Translations under genes and position numbers: made by a program | In this document: one piece after another, positions 58,255 through 64,000 of the stretch | Layout: each line of letters starts with the position of its first letter | Numbering within the stretch: position 1 is the first letter of the stretch | NCBI GenBank assembly: GCA_964016885.1 | Contig: OZ024744.1 | Location: 53,878,001-53,942,000, forward strand | From: Eledone cirrhosa | Lineage: Eukaryota | Length of the DNA: 64,000 nucleotides | Direction: 5' to 3' | Notes under the pieces: model-generated | Database searches by the model: none | What the model was told of the DNA's origin: nothing | The model's input: the letters and a program-made list of their open reading frames with translations, nothing else

Positions 58255-59306
58255 AAAATTCCCCAATAGGGGGAGACTTCCGAGGGACATTTGTGGAGAA
58301 AGGCCATTAAAAGACCACAGTGACCCTGACCACCAGGACAAGTGCCCTCTCCCAGTTTTCCACCTTTAATAATAAGAGAAGGGAAGAAGACGCACGAGGT
58401 GGTAGAACGTCACGAAATTGCTCCCGTAAGTTTTTTGATTTTTAACATATTTAAATCAATTGTGAAAGAACAATTCTTAGCACAAATGTTGCATAAAGGC
58501 ACCGAATGAGGTCCCATAAAGTTTCGGATCCATATTATATTGTTGTATCGCTCAAATATTCAATTTTGTATTCAAAAAAAGAAAATGGTTATAAATGGAA
58601 CAAAACACCCTCTGTCTACACTATATAGAACAGCGGCAATTTCAATTTCACCAACACCAGAAACTTGATACACTACCTATCCCATCACACTAAATATAAC
58701 GGCAACTTCACCGGCATCATAATAATAATTACTATTATTATTGTCTCAAATTTTAAAAAATGTTTAATTCAAATTTTACGGGAATATGTCAACACAAAAT
58801 ATAATGAAAATATATATTAAACATACGAACACAAACTCATAGATACTAACTATATCAGTAACCACAACACCACCGCTGCCACCACCCCACCACATCCATC
58901 ATCGCCACCACCACTCATTCAATGCTACTGACACTATTCCCCTGTTAACTTGAGAGAGAAAAGGGAAGGTGGTGGTAGCACTAGACAAGAGAGAGGCTAG
59001 CAAAAGATATAAATAGATTGACTTGGTGACCTTGCCACGGACAAACGTCTACATCAACAATTATGGGACTGCTGGCTCACCCCTTCCTCACCAACAATAT
59101 AAAAAGCCCCGGCACCACCACCGACATAGCCAGCAGCAATAACAGCCAACTACAACAAAAAGTATATTATATTATTGTAATCCACTGGGTGATTGCTGGC
59201 CTGGAGTGGAGACAATTATTAATAATTTCATTCTTAAGCCACGCAATGCTCACATTAAGGAACCACTCATGATAATAACAATTTAAAAAAAACAACAAAA
59301 AGAAAA

Positions 59307-62300
59307 CCCCGTGACCAAGAAATACCGGGATGGCGGCCGGCGGGGAATAGCCATGTCTCTAGGGGAGAACGACCCCTCTAGTCTTGGTTGACACTCGTTC
59401 TAGAAGTGGTAACACGAAAAGATTACCCCTTGGCGGATAAGGATAAAACGCGACAAAATAAAGTAGATGTCTAATGATGAAATCTCATACCGGATCGGCC
59501 GTCACCCGGGTAAAAAAGGGCCGCGTCCCTCAGAGAGGAACCAGACTGGGGTCGAAAAATCAGCTAATGGTTCAAACCTTCCCATCACTTCGGAGCTGGA
59601 GACCTCCCATAACCGGAATACTCCTACTGTTGGCCCTCCATGCTCACCACCAAGAAATCCAAAGAAAAAGAGAGAAAAATGGTCAAGGGAAGATAATAAA
59701 GAAGTCCTTGAGGCTTTCTACACTGCCATGTACTACCCATCAAATACATCGAATACAGAGCAAACATATATCAACTGGAAAAAGAAACATCCCGAAAACA
59801 GAGGCTATATTGACAGTAACAAACTAGCCAATATACGAAGAAATATTGTAAGAAAAAAGTTACTAACTGATATAGAAATTGATCAGATCAAGCTAGTAGC
59901 ACAAAGTCAGCGAAGGGAAAATGAAGCATGTGTCAGTGAAAACGAGGTAAACTGTAACACTTCGAATCCCAGAGTTGGGGCGGAATCACTGGCAACAGAA
60001 CAAATTAAAGAAAGGAGCGAAAAAGTGGAGGGAGTGCATGCTCAGGATGAAACTCCAAATGAAAATAATGAGATCGTAAATGATAAAGAAATGAATGAGA
60101 ATGAACTTGCCAACTTGAAGGATGAAATTATGATCGAATGGATGAAAATGAAAGAATCTGACATGGGGGAACGAGACACCCTCCCTAAGATCTAGAACTC
60201 CAAACAGAACCAAAAGATAATACACAAGACTAACATAATTCTCAAAAACATTATCATCACAAACAAACTAAGCATTACTGACTTAAATCATCTCTATTAT
60301 GCATCGGCTAAAGTCACCACTCACTTATGTGGAGTGAAGATGAAAAAACAAAGGAATTCCCACAAGAAATCTACTTGGCAAGATAACATCAATCGCCAAA
60401 TAAACCTTCTCCGATCTGACATAGAAATTTTAACAAACTATAAAGCAGGTGAACATGTTAAACAAACTAAACTTAGAAAATTGAAAAAAAAGTACAGTAT
60501 AAGATCAACATGTGACATAGACATGCTGATAGAAACAATCAAGCAAAAAGTGTCGGCCAAAGCTGCTCGTATAAGGCGCTTTGAAAAACGATCTAGATTC
60601 TATAAGGACAATAATATGTTCAAAAACAACCAAAGAAACTTCTACAGAAAAATTGGTAAGTCAACAATAACTGCTAAATCAATACCACCCAAGGAGGAAG
60701 TGCAAGAATTCTGGGAAAAGATCTGGGCCGAAGAAAAAGTTCATAACATACATGCCCCGTGGATAGACAGACAAATGAAAGAAACAGCTCACCTTGAAGA
60801 ACAAACATGGGAAAATATAACAGTTGAACAGCTGCGCTTGGCTCTAAGAAAAACCAGCAAATGGAAATCCCCATGAAAAGACAAAATACAAAACTTTTGG
60901 ATAAATGCCTTCACAGAGTCTCATGAGCTGTTAGCCCAACTTTACAATGAAATAGTTAAGGAGCCAGAAAAGATACCATCATGGCTAGTTAACGGCATTA
61001 CATTCCTGCTACCGAAGAATGATGAGACAAACAATCCCAACAATTACAGACCGATAACCTGCTTGACCACAATGTATAAAATTTTAACATCAGTCCTAAC
61101 TGAATACACATATGACCACCTGATAACAAATGACCTATTTCCCATTGAGCAGAAAGGGTGTAAACGAGGCTCATATGGCTGTAAGGATCAGCTTCTGGTT
61201 AACAAAATGATACTGGAAGATTGTCATAATAGACACAAAAATCTATCGATTGCTTGGATAGATTATAAAAAAGCATTTGATAGTTTGCCACACAGTTGGA
61301 TTGAAAAATGTTTAGAGATTTTCAAAATATCCCCCGTTATCAGGAGGTTTTTGTCATTCAGTATGAGGACATGGAGAACGACACTCCTTTTGAATAGTGA
61401 AACAAAATCACTGGAAGCTGGAGAAGTTAACATTAATTGTGGAATTTTTCAGGGTGACTCTTTATCACCGCTTTTATTCTGCATCGCACTTATACCATTA
61501 AGTAAAATGCTCAATGAAACAAAACATGGATATAGAGTCTATGACAAAACCATTAATCACCTGTTCTACATGGATGACCTGAAACTATTTGCAAAAAATG
61601 ATGAACAATTGCAAGGGCTATTATCCACTGTGAAGCAGTTCAGTGATGACATTAAAATGGAGTTTGGACTGGATAAATGCGCCAAAGCAACGTTCACCAG
61701 AGGAAAGCTGCTGAAGAGTTCAGACATTAATCTTGATCGGGGGAACGTGATAAGAGAGCTTGATCAAGAACAAACTTACAAATATCTAGGTGTTTGTGAA
61801 GGAGACGGAATCAAGCACTCGACAATGAGGGAAAGGATAAGGAAGGAATGTTACCGCAGAGTCAGAGCAATCTTAAGAACGGAATTGAATGCAAGGAATA
61901 GGATCGATGCCATAAACACGCTTGCCATACCAGTAGTAACCTACAGTTACAATGTCATCAACTGGTCAAGCACAGAGATCCGTAGGCTCGATACAAAAAT
62001 CCGAAAATTCTTAACCATGCACAGAATGCATCACCCTAAGGCAGACATAGATAGAATATATCTCCCTAGGAAAGAAGGAGGACGTGGGTTAATCCAGTTA
62101 GACATTGCGTTGAAAACTGCAACAATTGGATTATCCACATATCTAAGGGAATCACATGATTGGATGATCAAACTCGTTTTGAAACACGAAAGCACCAAAA
62201 GATCATATTCCATTACAAAAGATGCACAAAGATACAGTAATGGACTACAAATTTCAGAAGTCCCATTTACTGCTGAAATGGAAAACACAGAAAAAGCAAA

Positions 62301-63283
62301 GCAGGTAAAAGTAACTGCAAAGAAAGAACTGCTACAGAAACTGGCTAAGAAATGGCAAGAAAAGCCTCTGTATGGAAAATACCCAGAGCGAGCTAACAAT
62401 CCTGATGTTGACAAAACTTTAACCCATCAGTGGTTGGCATCCTCTGGACTGAAATCGGAGACTGAAGGACTGATTATATCCGCACAAGATCAGTGTCTGC
62501 CAACAAAAAATTACCAAGCCAACATAATAAAAAAATGGGTGCAGCCCATTATGCCGTGTATGCAAAAAACAACCAGAGACCATTGACCATATAATTTCAA
62601 TGTGCAGTCCTATAGCTCCAACCGAATACCTAAACAGGCATGACAGAGCTGCACAATACATACATTGGATAATGTGTAAGCATTTTGACCTGCCCCATCA
62701 AAAGAATTGGTGGGAGCATCAACCACCTCCCATACTTGAAAAAGATCACATCTCAATCTTGTGGAACTTTAGCATCCAAACAGACCGAAAAATAGATGCA
62801 AATAGACCTGATATAATATTGAAGGACTTTCAAAGGAGGGTATGCCTGCTAATTGATGTATGTTCCAATAGACAAGAATGTATCTATAAAAACATTTGAA
62901 AAATTGAGCAAGTATAAGGACCTGGAGATAGAAATTGGAAAAATGTGGAAATTGAGAACTAAAACAATACCAGTGGTTGTAGGCGCTCTGGGAATGATAC
63001 CTAAGGGGTCTAACGACTACTTATCGCAAATCCCAGGAAACCCGCGTATAGGAGAAATACAAAAGATAGTACTAATGGGAACTGCCCATATACTAAGGAA
63101 GATCCTGTCAATATAAGTACATCACAAGTCTAAACACTAAGGATGCATGTGTGAATATGTGTGTTCTTTCTTGAACATGGCGGACCTTGTTGTCTCTTGA
63201 GGTCACTGGTTGTGACTTGGTGATAACTCGTATAAACATAAAGCAAGATAAATGCAAATAATAATAATAATCATAATAATAAT
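59307..63283 (+). mobile_element. Near full-length R4/Dong-clade RLE non-LTR retrotransposon (element C); single ORF 59467-63116, disrupted
   Basis: QKGC, DYKKAFDS, GIFQGDSLSPLLF, YMDDLK, YKYLG; CCHC finger (CRVC...HIISMC); RHD, RPD and KxxKY RLE motifs; stops at 60193 and 60874, frameshifts near 62530 and 62850; (TAA)n tail. Confidence 0.95.
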
Positions 63284-63284
63284 G

Positions 63285-64000
63285 CTTTTTTTATTAACCA
63301 CAAGGGTTTACATAAAGTAGACATTAAGGACAGTACAGGACAATACAGGAGAGTACAAATGGGCATTTCTGCATGTAAAAACTAAACAAAAACAGGATGT
63401 AACAAAAAATAACAATGAAAGATTCCCCAATAGGGGGAGACTTCCGAGGGACATTTGTGGAGAAAGGCCATTAAAAGACCACAGTGACCCTGACCACCAG
63501 GACAAGTGCCTCTCCCAGTTTTCCACCTTTAATTTACAGGCACATACTCAGAGTAGACCCATTCACTCGAGGCATACTTGCTTCTCTGACCCATCTTTCA
63601 ACAAAATGCTGGGAAGAGAGCACTTCCCTCTCTACCCTGATTTTCCTTTTCAAATGAAATTTCAAAAAGTTAATCAGGGCATCACCGAAGAGATAAGTGC
63701 TCGTCTTCAGCCCTTTCAAACGTGTCCACCACACTATCTCTTTCGCCATGGCCACCAGGCAGATAAAAACTGCCTGCCCTTCCTGGCTAAAGGAAGAGGG
63801 CGTGGCAATCCTCACGATGGACTCAGCTGATAGCTGGATCCGTCCTACACGTGACAGCAGGTGTTCGACATAAACCCACAAGTCAGCAATACTCGGACAC
63901 TGGACGAGTGCATGCAGGACGGTTTCGTGGCCCTGCGCGCATCTCGGACACGCCCGGCTGACAGCACCTCCATGCCTGTAGAGTTTATCCCGAACTGGCA
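63285..64000 (-). mobile_element. 3' end of an L1/Tx1-clade LINE (runs out of window)
   Basis: CPRC..ETVLHALVQC zinc-finger region, stop at 63534, 3' UTR with AATAAA and an A tail. Confidence 0.82.

Noticed and set aside
59335-59341. GGCCGGC, identical to the HDV ribozyme P1 strand
   Set aside because: No complementary P1 strand or canonical L3/J4/2 follows; not called an HDV ribozyme.
61063-62586. 507-aa ORF as a host gene or an active RT
   Set aside because: It is the middle of element C's single ORF, which carries two stops and two frameshifts.

Overview
AT-rich eukaryotic, repeat-dominated DNA. The SINE family, microsatellite load and retroelement mix point to a coleoid cephalopod, probably Octopus (inference). 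About 12 kb is a 48-bp AC-rich satellite in two arrays, next to 103-bp and 37-bp minisatellites. Most of the rest is transposon debris: Penelope-like elements (PLEs) with several hammerhead ribozyme motifs and fold-back palindromes, three R4/Dong-type RLE LINEs (one nearly full length), CRE, RTE and L1/Tx1 fragments, a mariner, a Helitron whose empty target site is preserved nearby, and tRNA-derived SINEs. One host gene is supported on the + strand: three phase-compatible exons (31604-31942, 36247-36422, 47388-47545) encoding a signal peptide, a PAN/apple-like module and an unnamed domain; its 3' end was not found in the window. A dead partial paralog of its 5' region lies at about 3410-4035. 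I see no clear-cut new multi-gene system. The best leads are the hammerhead/fold-back architecture, an inverted composite-SINE pair bracketing exon 2, a pseudoknotted R4 leader, and the gene itself. All alignments and folds were done by eye; identities are estimates.
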